Shown here piece by piece: positions 16,068 through 25,277 of a stretch of 41,932 bases of DNA (position 1 is the first letter of the stretch; the number at the start of each line of letters is the position of its first letter). This DNA is from an uncultured Flavobacteriales bacterium (GTDB lineage: Bacteria > Bacteroidota > Bacteroidia > Flavobacteriales > UBA7312). Under the pieces are notes generated by a model. That model ran no database searches. It was not told the origin of the DNA and saw only the letters and a list, made by a program, of their open reading frames with translations. The stretch covers positions 1 to 41,932 of the forward strand of contig CAXFLH010000002.1 of assembly GCA_964003875.1 (NCBI GenBank). The letters run 5' to 3'. A program made the position numbers and the translations under genes.

Positions 16068-17947
16068 AAAAATATATCCTAACATACCTTTTAGTCTTCT
16101 TGACTAGCTTATCTTTTGCTCAGAAAAAAGAAGAAATTGATGCCGAAGCTGATTTTTATTACAACACCCAAGATTACTTTTCAGCCGTTTATTTCTACGA
16201 ACTCTCTTTCCAAAAGGACAGTACATCTTTTAGCGATTGGTATCCTTTGGCAGAAAGTTACCGACAAACCAATCAGTATAGTAAAGGGATTATGGCTTAT
16301 GAAAAAGTCCTTGAAAGTAAGCAAGTATCCCTTTATCCCAACACCTTATTGTGGTTAGGCGTTTTGCACAAAAACCTTGCTCAGTACGAGGAAGCCTCCA
16401 GCTATTTAAAACAATTTTTAGATGAAAGTTTACGCCCTTCAGATTATTGGTATAGAAAGGCTATGATGGAATGGAAAGGCGCTCAGATGGCATTGACTAT
16501 GAAAGAGCGTGAAGATGTTCAAGTCCAAGTTATGGGCGAGCACATTAACTCTAGCTATTCCGATTTTGCACCTTTTCCTTTGGGCGATACCAGCTTATAT
16601 TTTACTTCTATGGTAGCTGATGACGGTTTGGCTGAGGAGTTATATATCGGTCACCGTTCTCAATTGATGCGTTCTAGAGATGGGGCTGCTGCCGATTTAT
16701 ACAAGTTATTCAATGACAAAAACTACCATATGGCCAACATTACCTTCAGTCCTTTGGGTCAGGAGGCCTATTTTACCAAGTGCAAAAATCAGAAAGGCGA
16801 GATGGTCTGTCAGATTTATAGCAGTCAGTACCGCGATGGCTTGTGGTCTGTGCCTCAACTTATGGACCAACGCTTTAATGTTCCTTACAGCAACAACACT
16901 CATCCGCAATGGGCTTTGTGGAATGGAGTAGAAGGCTTGTTTATAGCTTCCAATAGGGTGGGTGGATTTGGCGATTTAGACATTTGGTTTGTGCCTATGA
17001 CAGGACAAGCTCAAAATCTAGGAAACGGCATCAATACAACTGGCAAAGAAGTGACTCCCTTTTATCATTCGGTAGAAAAGGTCTTGTATTTCAGTTCAGA
17101 TTTTCACCCCGGCATAGGAGGCTTTGATATTTTCAAATCGCTATGGAATGAACAATGGGGTTTAGTAGAAAATGTAGGACAACCCCTCAATAGCAGTGCC
17201 AACGATTTGTATTATGTTGCCTTGATAGACAGTTTTCATTTGGGCTTTTTATCTTCTAATAGGTTAGGCTCTCAGATTATTAGCCAAGAAAGCTGTTGCA
17301 ACGATATTTACAGTTTTGTAAAAACGGTGGAGTGTGTTTGTGTTGAGGTGGATAGCTTAGCCTCCGCTATGCAATTGAACTTACCTTTGAGTTTGTATTT
17401 TCATAACGACGAGCCTAATCCTAGCACAAGGGATAGTATTACTACCTTAACTTATACCGATGCCTACAATTCTTTTATGGCACAAAAAGAGGAATACGTC
17501 AAGCGTTTTTCTTCGGTAATTTCAGGTAAAGCTAGAAATACTACTGAACGTCAGATGCGTGATTTCTTCGAACAAACCGTTTATGAAGGTCATGAGCAAT
17601 TGCTACAATTTGCCGAGCAGTTAGAAAGGGCATTGTCTTTGGAGGCTAAAGTCGAGATAAAACTCAAAGGCTATACCTCACCCTTAACGGCTTCCGACTA
17701 CAACAACCTATTGGCAAAACGCCGTATTTCTAGCGTAGAAAACTTCCTTATGCAATACAATGATGGGGCGCTCTTGGCTTACCTTCAAAAGGGACATTTA
17801 CAGATTAGTGAACTCCCTTTAGGAGAAACCCAAGTTAGTATAGGCGTGAGTGACAACCCTAAGGACAGAAGGAACTCGGTGTACAGCATAAAAGCGGCTC
17901 GTGAAAGACGGATAGAAATCGTGTCAGTTTTAGTAGAATTTAATTGA
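16064..17947 (+). CDS. TPR / TolB-like propeller / OmpA-like C-terminal domain protein
   Basis: I place the start at the internal Met (MKKYILTYLLVFLTSLSFAQ, a signal peptide), which gives an ATGA overlap with the PorP/SprF stop. The C-terminal KLKGYTSPLTASDYNNLLAKRRISSVENFL resembles the OmpA-family peptidoglycan-binding motif. Confidence 0.75.
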   Translation: MKKYILTYLLVFLTSLSFAQKKEEIDAEADFYYNTQDYFSAVYFYELSFQKDSTSFSDWYPLAESYRQTNQYSKGIMAYEKVLESKQVSLYPNTLLWLGVLHKNLAQYEEASSYLKQFLDESLRPSDYWYRKAMMEWKGAQMALTMKEREDVQVQVMGEHINSSYSDFAPFPLGDTSLYFTSMVADDGLAEELYIGHRSQLMRSRDGAAADLYKLFNDKNYHMANITFSPLGQEAYFTKCKNQKGEMVCQIYSSQYRDGLWSVPQLMDQRFNVPYSNNTHPQWALWNGVEGLFIASNRVGGFGDLDIWFVPMTGQAQNLGNGINTTGKEVTPFYHSVEKVLYFSSDFHPGIGGFDIFKSLWNEQWGLVENVGQPLNSSANDLYYVALIDSFHLGFLSSNRLGSQIISQESCCNDIYSFVKTVECVCVEVDSLASAMQLNLPLSLYFHNDEPNPSTRDSITTLTYTDAYNSFMAQKEEYVKRFSSVISGKARNTTERQMRDFFEQTVYEGHEQLLQFAEQLERALSLEAKVEIKLKGYTSPLTASDYNNLLAKRRISSVENFLMQYNDGALLAYLQKGHLQISELPLGETQVSIGVSDNPKDRRNSVYSIKAARERRIEIVSVLVEFN

Positions 17948-17977
17948 ATATCTAGTTAATTTACCAATGTATTTACC

Positions 17978-17985
17978 TACTTTTG
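17978..17985 (+). promoter_or_regulatory. Candidate -7 box (TACTTTTG) for the nucleotidyltransferase gene
   Basis: Matches TAnnTTTG 24 nt upstream of the ATG at 18010. It overlaps the track's alternative start at 17983, which argues for the 18010 start. Confidence 0.45.
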
Positions 17986-18009
17986 TGGCGAATTAGCAGT
18001 TGTATATCA

Positions 18010-18906
18010 ATGAAACCAACACTATTAATTTTAGCAGCAGGAATGGGTAGCCGTTACGGTGGACTCAAACAAATCGATGGTATAGGACCCAATGAAGAAC
18101 CCATTATAGAATACTCTATTTATGACGCCATTCAGTCGGGTTTTGGCAAGATAGTTTTTGTCATTCGCCAAGAGTTTGATGAAGCTTTTCGCTCTCGTTT
18201 TTCTAAGTTTGAGGATAGGATAGACATAGCCTATGCCTATCAGCCTGTGCAAGTAGAATTAGAGGGGGTAGATTTGGTAGAAAGACAAAAACCGTGGGGC
18301 ACTTCTCACGCTGTTTTGGTGGCTCAAAAATTTATCAATGAGCCTTTTGCGGTGATTAATGCCGATGATTATTACGGTAACAATTCCTTTAAGATAATGG
18401 TGGACTTTTTACAAAACGACTGTTCGCCTTCTGTCATGTCTATGTTGGGCTATGTTTTGGACAACACCCTATCGGAGCACGGCACAGTGAATAGGGGAGT
18501 TTGCGAAGTCAATGAAAGTGGTCACCTTATAGAAGTCATTGAGCGTACCAAGATTGCCAAAGTGGACGGTAAAGTAGAATATAATGTAGGCAAAGATGGT
18601 GGCGCAGAGCTTAACCCTAAAGCCAGTGTATCTATGAATTATTGGGGTTTTCACCCTTCCATTTTTGCTGAGATAGAACAAGGACTTCATGCCTTTATGA
18701 AGGCCAATGCTCAAGACCCTAAGGCAGAGTACTACATTCCGAATATTGTTACCGATAAAATTAATGATGGGACTATGGTGGTTAAGGTTATTCCTACTAC
18801 CGATACTTGGTTTGGAGTAACTTACAAAGAAGATAAGCCTATGGCAGTGGCGGCTATTGCCGAACAAATTGAGAAAGGCGTTTATCCTACACCTTTGTGG
18901 GGCTAA
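18010..18906 (+). CDS. Sugar-phosphate nucleotidyltransferase family protein
   Basis: The N-terminal LILAAGMGSRYGGLKQ loop has the G-x-G-x-R signature of NTP-transferases. The start is moved to MKPTLLILAAG. The substrate is not assignable. Confidence 0.75.
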   Translation: MKPTLLILAAGMGSRYGGLKQIDGIGPNEEPIIEYSIYDAIQSGFGKIVFVIRQEFDEAFRSRFSKFEDRIDIAYAYQPVQVELEGVDLVERQKPWGTSHAVLVAQKFINEPFAVINADDYYGNNSFKIMVDFLQNDCSPSVMSMLGYVLDNTLSEHGTVNRGVCEVNESGHLIEVIERTKIAKVDGKVEYNVGKDGGAELNPKASVSMNYWGFHPSIFAEIEQGLHAFMKANAQDPKAEYYIPNIVTDKINDGTMVVKVIPTTDTWFGVTYKEDKPMAVAAIAEQIEKGVYPTPLWG

Positions 18907-19155
18907 ACACTTCTCTTAAACTACCTTTTACTCTTCTTCAATAATTTCTCATGTTGCAGTGTATTACTACGCTCGTCTAACTTGGGTCCAACACATAAAT
19001 AAACGCATCCTTTTGACAAAGCACCATTAGCCATTAAATTATTGTCTTGATACATAGAATGTCTATCAATACAAAAGCGAAATAAAAAGTATGGAAATGG
19101 ATAAAAGGTTAAATAGTACATTGGGCTTTAAGTTGTGATACAAATCTAGCAAATT

Positions 19156-21093
19156 TTAATCACTTTTTGCCTCTACCCAATCGCCATAAGATTTAATGAG
19201 GTCTATAAGGGCATCTACGGCTTGTTCTTCTGGAATGTTGCGTTGTACTACTTCTCTTTCTTTGTAGAGTGTTATTTTTCCTACGCCTGTGCCAACATAG
19301 CCGTAGTCGGCATCTGCCATCTCTCCCGGTCCGTTAACAATACAGCCCATAATACCAATTTTTACCCCTTTGAGGTGGTTGGTCTTGGCTCTAATCTTGG
19401 CTGTCGTTTCTTGCAGGTCGAATAGGGTACGTCCACAGGAAGGGCAAGAGATGTATTCTGTTTTTGAGATACGTGTTCGTGTGGCTTGTAGTATGCCAAA
19501 AGCGGTTTGGTTGATATTCTGGTCGCTACCACAATTTTCGGCAGTAATAAAAATACCATCGCCTAGACCGTCTAACAAAAGAGCTCCCATATCGGTGGCA
19601 CTTTGCAGTTGTAATTTTTCTTCAGAAAGTCCTCCGTAAGCACGACCAATAATGACGGGCACTTGACAATCGGCATTCATCAACTGCATAAACAAACGCC
19701 TTTGCTCTGCCATACCGTGGGCATTCCAAGTATCAATGAGTAATACGGCAGTCGGGTCTGCTTTGAGTTGGCTAATCAGTTCGGTATTAAGGTCTTTCAA
19801 ACAGGCGTAAACCACATTCATCTGCTCAGAAAAAACACCCCCCTCAAGGTAGTTCTTACTAGTCAGAAAGGGATAGACTCTTTCCTTATCTTTATTCTTG
19901 AGCCAAGTGTCGTGATGGTAAATGACGCCTAAAGTCCCTGGTATGTCAAAGTCAATTTCTGCACTTCCCAAAAAGACGTAGTCGCATGCCATATCACCAA
20001 TGTTCCACTTATCTGTGGGTACCGAATAACGATAACCCAAGGCAAAGAAACTGGCTGGTGTAATGTTTTTCTTCAATGAAAAGTCTGCCATCACAATAGG
20101 AACTTGCTTGTCGCCAATGTTAAGTACGGAGCTGCTTTTTCTTCTTTGGTAGTTGTAGCTATCAATGGAGTTTTGCTCTACCTCAGCAATAGCTTGATGC
20201 TTTATTCTATCTTGGTAACGGTCCACCAAATCACGAGCTACTGGAATTTCGTATTCGGGTTCTTCAGTGAGGGATACCCTAACGGTATCACCTATGCCAT
20301 CTTCTAAGAGTGTGCCTATGCCTACGGCAGATTTTATACGTCCGTCTTCGCCTTCTCCAGCTTCTGTTACGCCCAAATGTAAAGGGTAATTCATACCGTC
20401 TTCTTTCATCTTCTTAATGAGCAAACGATAGGCTTGAACCATTACTTGGGTGTTACTGGCTTTCATAGACAAGATGATATTGTGAAAATCTTCTTCTCTA
20501 CAAATACGTAAAAACTCTAAGGCAGATTCTACCATACCTAGAGGGGTATCGCCATAACGGCTGAGTATTCTATCCGACAGCGAACCGTGATTGGTGCCTA
20601 TTCGCATGGCAGTACCTTCTTCTTTGCAGATACGTACTAAGGGCACAAAGCGTTCTTTGATACGTTCCAATTCTTGTTGGTAGGTATCGTCGGTATATTC
20701 TATTTCTTCAAACTTTTTCTTATCTGCATAGTTACCTGGGTTTACCCTTACTTTTTCTACAATACGTGCAGCTATTTCGGCAGCATTGGGCGTGAAGTGT
20801 ATATCGGCAACCAAGGGGGTATCGTAACCTCTTGCCCTCAACTCGTCTTTTATGTTTTGTAGGTTTTCGGCATCTTTCTTGCTCGGTGCAGTGATACGTA
20901 CAATTTCACAACCCGCCTCTATCATACGGATACTTTGTTCTACTGTAGCCTGTGTGTCCATCGTGTCTGTAGTAGTCATGGATTGTACACGTATAGGGTT
21001 GTCTCCACCAACACCTACTTTACCCACCATAACTTCTCTGGTACGAAAACGGGAATATTCTACTAAACTATTACAATAGGAATGTTTATTCAT
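19156..21093 (-). CDS. ispG: 4-hydroxy-3-methylbut-2-en-1-yl diphosphate synthase, long form with inserted domain
   Basis: 645 aa. The N-terminal TIM-barrel part has VGGDNPIRVQSMT and RITAPS motifs. The C-terminal 4Fe-4S part has CPSCGRT and GCIVNGPGE. A central insertion is present, as in Bacteroidota, Chlamydia and plant GcpE. Confidence 0.93.
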   Translation of the reverse strand: MNKHSYCNSLVEYSRFRTREVMVGKVGVGGDNPIRVQSMTTTDTMDTQATVEQSIRMIEAGCEIVRITAPSKKDAENLQNIKDELRARGYDTPLVADIHFTPNAAEIAARIVEKVRVNPGNYADKKKFEEIEYTDDTYQQELERIKERFVPLVRICKEEGTAMRIGTNHGSLSDRILSRYGDTPLGMVESALEFLRICREEDFHNIILSMKASNTQVMVQAYRLLIKKMKEDGMNYPLHLGVTEAGEGEDGRIKSAVGIGTLLEDGIGDTVRVSLTEEPEYEIPVARDLVDRYQDRIKHQAIAEVEQNSIDSYNYQRRKSSSVLNIGDKQVPIVMADFSLKKNITPASFFALGYRYSVPTDKWNIGDMACDYVFLGSAEIDFDIPGTLGVIYHHDTWLKNKDKERVYPFLTSKNYLEGGVFSEQMNVVYACLKDLNTELISQLKADPTAVLLIDTWNAHGMAEQRRLFMQLMNADCQVPVIIGRAYGGLSEEKLQLQSATDMGALLLDGLGDGIFITAENCGSDQNINQTAFGILQATRTRISKTEYISCPSCGRTLFDLQETTAKIRAKTNHLKGVKIGIMGCIVNGPGEMADADYGYVGTGVGKITLYKEREVVQRNIPEEQAVDALIDLIKSYGDWVEAKSD

Positions 21094-21098
21094 CGAAA

Positions 21099-21106
21099 CA
21101 AAAATA
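21099..21106 (-). promoter_or_regulatory. Candidate -7 box (TATTTTTG) 5 nt upstream of the ispG ATG
   Basis: The minus strand reads TATTTTTG-TTTCG-ATG. Confidence 0.4.
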
Positions 21107-21128
21107 TCAAAAAAGACTAAGGATAATT

Positions 21129-23357
21129 TTAATATTTATTAAATATAATTTTTTCCGTTTGCAAAGAGTTGTCAGTCTTTAATTTGATGAAGTAAATACC
21201 GTCGGAAAAGCCGCTTAAATCAATATCTGTTTCTGCCTCAAACCATTGTTTTTGTAGAAGTAATTGACCTTTAACATCAAGCAGTTGTAAGTTTTTCTCC
21301 CCATTAGTTGCTATTGATTTTATGTGGACTAGTCCATTGGTTTGCGTAGGATATACTTCAAACTTATCGAAAGATTGCTCATCTACAGACGTTGCGTTTT
21401 GTACTCTAAAAGAATGTACAATTCGAGAGCCAAAATCTTTGTGGAAGGTTCTGAAAATAGAAATGGTATCGTAATACATGAAGTTGATGAACCCTGTTCC
21501 ATCTGGCTGACCCACATTGTCCCAATACCAAAAGTCTAAGCCATCACCTCCTGTATCTTCAAGAGTGAAAGTGAAACAGCCATTACTTAAAATTATAGTA
21601 TCGGTATATAGCGTATTACTAGCAAAGTTGCCATTGGAGTACACAATTTCACCTTGGCTATTTTCTATTTTCCACGAATTTTGACTCCCATAGTTGTTCG
21701 TCTTCAAACGCACCAAAAATTGATTTTTATAAACAGGAACTTCCTCAAAATCTGATGATATAAAGTCGTTATCGCTGTGCATATCGATAGTTCCATTTGG
21801 ATTAGATATTGTTACCTCAAAGGTGTTTTGGCTACCATCGTTGATCATTTCACTAAGGGTAACTTCTTCCTCTTGCATGAATTTGAGGTTACCCGTCCAT
21901 TGTTGTGTTTGCATAGTCCCACCCTTTACACCATATTCAATAGTCAATGCGGTTAATTCTTGAGTACCAGAATTCCTAATCTTTATGACAGGATTCGAAC
22001 ATACGGGATTTAGCCTAGAGTATTGGTCCTTTAATGAAGGTCTAATAATATCTATGACTTCAGCATCTAATTCAAAGTTAGGTTCTTTGTATTGGAAGAA
22101 ATGAACGGCACAGGAGTATGAAGCATCTCCGTTAGGATTGTAGCTGCTAAAGTTAATATCCACTACAGCGGAATCACCTGCTGCGACATAAGGTGTTATC
22201 TCGTGATTAAAGATTGGTACAGCTTCACCCGGACACCAATTGGCACGGTCAAAAATCCAAGTACCCCCTTGAGGCCAAATGGCATTGAAACCACAATCGT
22301 CTTTCCAGATGGTTTCTCCCCCTACTACCGAACCGTTTACTTTAGCAGTATAATTGACGTTAGGAGTGAATTCGCCTGCTTGTCCGTGACCTGATGGCAC
22401 GAATTGTAATTTAAAGTCAGAGGCATATTGAGAAGTAGAGACTTTGACTTCTGGCATTTGTTGGCTTTCAAAATTGGCTGAATTAGTATAGCCATAGCCT
22501 GCAGCTCCATTTTTATATACGTTGCTTAGACTTATCGGCATTCTTGGGGGTGTACCCTCAATGAATTCAAATTTGAGAGTAACACTAAAGCCACTACTCC
22601 AACCCGAATAAAAAGCATCTATTTCGACAGAATCTTTGAGTAGGTGTTGGAAGTCCGTCACATCGTAGGTGAAACGGTGTTTCCAATTTTCATCGTATCC
22701 ATTGGTGCCATAACTGCCATTGGCAGGGTTCATATAGGTGCCATAAGGAGTAATGGCTCTACCGAGTTCAAAGTCTTCTATAATTTCATAGACGTTGTAG
22801 GTGTCGGTATTGCTCAAATACAAAGTGGTATCGGCAGCTACCCAAACGGAATCAATAACTGCTCCAGCACTATCATAAGTCATGTTGTAGTAGTTGGCAG
22901 CATAGACGTATTGAGTGTCAGTTGCTAAATAAGGGTCATAAACATCTTGATACCATACCAATACTAGCGTATCATTGGCGATAGCCGTATCTCCACTTAT
23001 GCTGTCCCAAGTACTTACATAAGTAGGGCTGTAGCTGAATTGTATAGTGTCTGGACTAGAGCCATCTAAGCTATAGCTAGGGGCTAAAACAAGGTTAGAG
23101 TCTAGTTTATTAGTTCTATTTCTAAGAAGGATATGTACGTCATAATCCCAACCGCTACATCCTGTTGAGGCACAACCCATATCGAAGTGCATCAACACTT
23201 TTCGGAACGAACCCTCTGTTGGGAATTCACCCCATTTTTTATAATGGCCATACCAAGTCATATCGACATTATCATGTACTTGAACTGTAGTCGTATCGCC
23301 ACTTTCAGCAAAAACCATGCTAATACTTAGGCAAAGGATAAAAAATAATCGTATCAT
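21129..23357 (-). CDS. PNGase F-like (peptide-N-glycosidase F-related) secreted protein with a T9SS type A C-terminal sorting domain
   Basis: I place the start at the internal Met (MIRLFFILCLSISMVFA, a signal peptide; ATG at 23357), which removes the overlap with the upstream ABC gene. The motifs GCSGWDYDVHILL, RAITPYGTY, YDVTDFQHLL...IEGTPP and FDRANWCPGEAVP parallel my recollection of Elizabethkingia PNGase F (CDEWDRYANVYV, RFITPYW, IDVTDFKSLL...VYGTPD, DRAGWCPGMAVP). The C-terminal FEVYPTQTNGLVHI...DGIYFIKL...KIIFNKY is a Por_Secre_tail-type CTD. Confidence 0.7.
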   Translation of the reverse strand: MIRLFFILCLSISMVFAESGDTTTVQVHDNVDMTWYGHYKKWGEFPTEGSFRKVLMHFDMGCASTGCSGWDYDVHILLRNRTNKLDSNLVLAPSYSLDGSSPDTIQFSYSPTYVSTWDSISGDTAIANDTLVLVWYQDVYDPYLATDTQYVYAANYYNMTYDSAGAVIDSVWVAADTTLYLSNTDTYNVYEIIEDFELGRAITPYGTYMNPANGSYGTNGYDENWKHRFTYDVTDFQHLLKDSVEIDAFYSGWSSGFSVTLKFEFIEGTPPRMPISLSNVYKNGAAGYGYTNSANFESQQMPEVKVSTSQYASDFKLQFVPSGHGQAGEFTPNVNYTAKVNGSVVGGETIWKDDCGFNAIWPQGGTWIFDRANWCPGEAVPIFNHEITPYVAAGDSAVVDINFSSYNPNGDASYSCAVHFFQYKEPNFELDAEVIDIIRPSLKDQYSRLNPVCSNPVIKIRNSGTQELTALTIEYGVKGGTMQTQQWTGNLKFMQEEEVTLSEMINDGSQNTFEVTISNPNGTIDMHSDNDFISSDFEEVPVYKNQFLVRLKTNNYGSQNSWKIENSQGEIVYSNGNFASNTLYTDTIILSNGCFTFTLEDTGGDGLDFWYWDNVGQPDGTGFINFMYYDTISIFRTFHKDFGSRIVHSFRVQNATSVDEQSFDKFEVYPTQTNGLVHIKSIATNGEKNLQLLDVKGQLLLQKQWFEAETDIDLSGFSDGIYFIKLKTDNSLQTEKIIFNKY

Positions 23358-23403
23358 TTTTTTTAAAGAGTTTATAACTTCGAATATAATAAGAAAAAAA
23401 AAA

Positions 23404-25221
23404 TTAAGATAAGTTTTGATAGTCTTGCAAACGCTTGTAAAGCCCTCCTTTTTGGATAAGCTCTTGGTTGCTTCCTTGCTCAACAATTCTCCCTTCTTTC
23501 ATAACCAATATATTATCGGCATTCTGAATGGTAGAAAGTCGGTGGGCAATGACTAAAGAGGTTCTGTTTTTCATGAGTTGCCCCAAGGCTTCTTGTACCA
23601 ATTTTTCAGACTGGGTGTCTAGAGATGAGGTCGCTTCATCTAATATGAGTATTGGAGGGTTTTTATAAATAGCTCTGGCAATACTTAGACGTTGCTTTTG
23701 TCCACCAGATAATTTACTGCCTCCCTCGCCAACATTACTGTCATAGCCTTCAGCCATCTCCATCACAAAATCGTGAGCATTGGCGGCTTTAGCAGCGGCA
23801 ATAACATCGTCCATATTGGCGTCTTCATGGCCTAAAGTGATGTTATTAAATACACTATCATTGAACAGTATAGAGTCTTGAGAAACAATCCCCATCAGTC
23901 CTCTCAAGTTAGCAAGTTTAAAGTCTTTAATATTGACACCATCAATAGTAATTTCTCCCTTTTCAATATCGTAAAAACGAGCCAATAAATCGGCAATAGT
24001 AGATTTACCGCTTCCAGATTCTCCCACTAAAGCGATGGTTTGTCCTACCTTTATGTCGAAACTGATGTTCTTCAAAACAGCTTGAGTGTCGTACTGAAAG
24101 CTAACATTATTAAAACTCAACTGCTGACTAAAGCCTTTACATTTAGGAACCTTAGGGTCTTTTATGCTGTTTTCCGTTTCTAAAATATCCATTACCCTTT
24201 GAGATGAAGCACTTCCTTTTTGCAGATAGTAAAAGGCCGTAGTAAAGGATTTGGCAGGAGGTATGATTTGAGAAAAAATAGCGATGTAGCCAATAAATGC
24301 CTCTGGCGATAGACTATTTTCGCTACCCAAAACCAACTTACCACCAAACCACATTACGCAAACTAGTACTATTGTACTTAAAAATTCACTCATAGGAGAT
24401 GACAAATCTTTTTTGCGTAAAAGCTTAGTCATAGTTTTACGATATTCATCGCTATTTTTTTCAAATTGGGATTGTATGATATGTTCAGCTCTGAAGGCTT
24501 TTATTATACGTAATCCACCAATGTTTTCTTCAATATTTGACAATATTTCTCCCATCTTACTTTGCCCTTCCTCAGATGATTTTTTAAGACTTTTGCCAAT
24601 ACGAGCAATGAGAAATCCAGCAATAGGAAATAAGACAATAACAAAGACGGTTAGCTCAGGACTAATAAAAACTAAACTGGCTAAGAAGATGATGATATTA
24701 AGTGGATCTTTGAAAATCATTTCTAAAGAACTCATAATGGACCATTCTATCTCCACGAGGTCTGTAGTCATACGTGCAATGATATCGCCTTTTCTCTTTT
24801 CGGTATAATAGCCAAGGGGCAAATGGAGTACCTTTTTGTGCAAAGCATTTCTCATATCTCTCACCACACCATTGCGTATTGGCGTAAGAAAAAATAAGGC
24901 TAAGTATCGGAACAGATTTCTAAATAAAAACATAACCAATACTAGACCACATATAAAAAGTAAGGCGTCAATTTGCCCTCGTGTTTCTATGATTTGTGTA
25001 ATTTGAAAGTAGAAATTTTCTGTAATAGATGTTGTGCTAAAGGTTAAAGGCGGTGCTTGGTAAACCTTTTCTTGAGTGCCAAATAATAGACCTAAGAAAG
25101 GAATAATCATCGTTATTGAAACCAAGGAAAAGAGTACCGTAAGGATATTAAACACAATATTGAATACAGCATATATCCAGTAAGGTTTAGCAAATCGTAA
25201 CACCCTTAAAAAATCCTTCAT
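23404..25221 (-). CDS. ABC transporter, fused permease/ATP-binding protein (MsbA-like exporter)
   Basis: 605 aa. The N-terminal half has six TM helices. Walker A is GESGSGKST, the ABC signature is LSGGQKQR, and Walker B is ILILDEATS. Confidence 0.9.
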   Translation of the reverse strand: MKDFLRVLRFAKPYWIYAVFNIVFNILTVLFSLVSITMIIPFLGLLFGTQEKVYQAPPLTFSTTSITENFYFQITQIIETRGQIDALLFICGLVLVMFLFRNLFRYLALFFLTPIRNGVVRDMRNALHKKVLHLPLGYYTEKRKGDIIARMTTDLVEIEWSIMSSLEMIFKDPLNIIIFLASLVFISPELTVFVIVLFPIAGFLIARIGKSLKKSSEEGQSKMGEILSNIEENIGGLRIIKAFRAEHIIQSQFEKNSDEYRKTMTKLLRKKDLSSPMSEFLSTIVLVCVMWFGGKLVLGSENSLSPEAFIGYIAIFSQIIPPAKSFTTAFYYLQKGSASSQRVMDILETENSIKDPKVPKCKGFSQQLSFNNVSFQYDTQAVLKNISFDIKVGQTIALVGESGSGKSTIADLLARFYDIEKGEITIDGVNIKDFKLANLRGLMGIVSQDSILFNDSVFNNITLGHEDANMDDVIAAAKAANAHDFVMEMAEGYDSNVGEGGSKLSGGQKQRLSIARAIYKNPPILILDEATSSLDTQSEKLVQEALGQLMKNRTSLVIAHRLSTIQNADNILVMKEGRIVEQGSNQELIQKGGLYKRLQDYQNLS

Positions 25222-25225
25222 AGTG

Positions 25226-25233
25226 CAAATGTA
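25226..25233 (-). promoter_or_regulatory. Candidate -7 box (TACATTTG) 4 nt upstream of the ABC exporter ATG
   Basis: The minus strand reads TACATTTG-CACT-ATG. Confidence 0.4.
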
Positions 25234-25265
25234 TTTAAATTGCTCTTTTTAAGGTTCTAAAAATT

Positions 25266-25273
25266 TATCTTTG
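25266..25273 (+). promoter_or_regulatory. Candidate -7 box (TATCTTTG) 4 nt upstream of the rbfA ATG
   Basis: The plus strand reads TATCTTTG-TTCT-ATG (ATG at 25278). Confidence 0.4.
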
Positions 25274-25277
25274 TTCT

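Noticed and set aside
18469-18867. Long antisense ORFs in the track: 132 aa here, plus 24413-24808 (131 aa), 27886-28323 (145 aa), 40913-41266 (117 aa), 7299-7595, 37052-37351 and others.
   Set aside because: Each lies entirely inside, and antisense to, a gene with unmistakable family motifs (nucleotidyltransferase, ABC exporter, dusB, gdhA, leuS, TBDR). Their translations are low-complexity with no recognisable motifs. They are typical shadow ORFs of an AT-rich genome.
18921-19121. Possible GIY-YIG nuclease remnant in the orphan 66-aa ORF (MYY... start, VYLCVG...R....H.K pattern).
   Set aside because: The resemblance is limited to a few residues with incorrect spacing relative to the GIY-(10-11)-YIG architecture. 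That is too weak to call without a profile search, so it is kept only as an unexplained spacer in the findings.
2399-21093. ispD and ispG in the same window as a possible MEP-pathway cluster.
   Set aside because: The two genes are 16 kb apart in unrelated operons (queA-ispD versus monocistronic ispG). No other MEP genes lie between them, so this is coincidental co-location of housekeeping genes.
23358-23403. Homopolymer tracts between the ABC exporter stop and the PNGase F-like start as a phase-variation switch: A10 at 23394-23403, and T8 at 23358-23365 abutting the start codon.
   Set aside because: The tracts are intergenic and do not lie between recognisable -33 and -7 elements or inside a reading frame. 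The A-run immediately 5' of the ATG on the coding strand fits the A-rich translation-initiation context usual for Bacteroidota.
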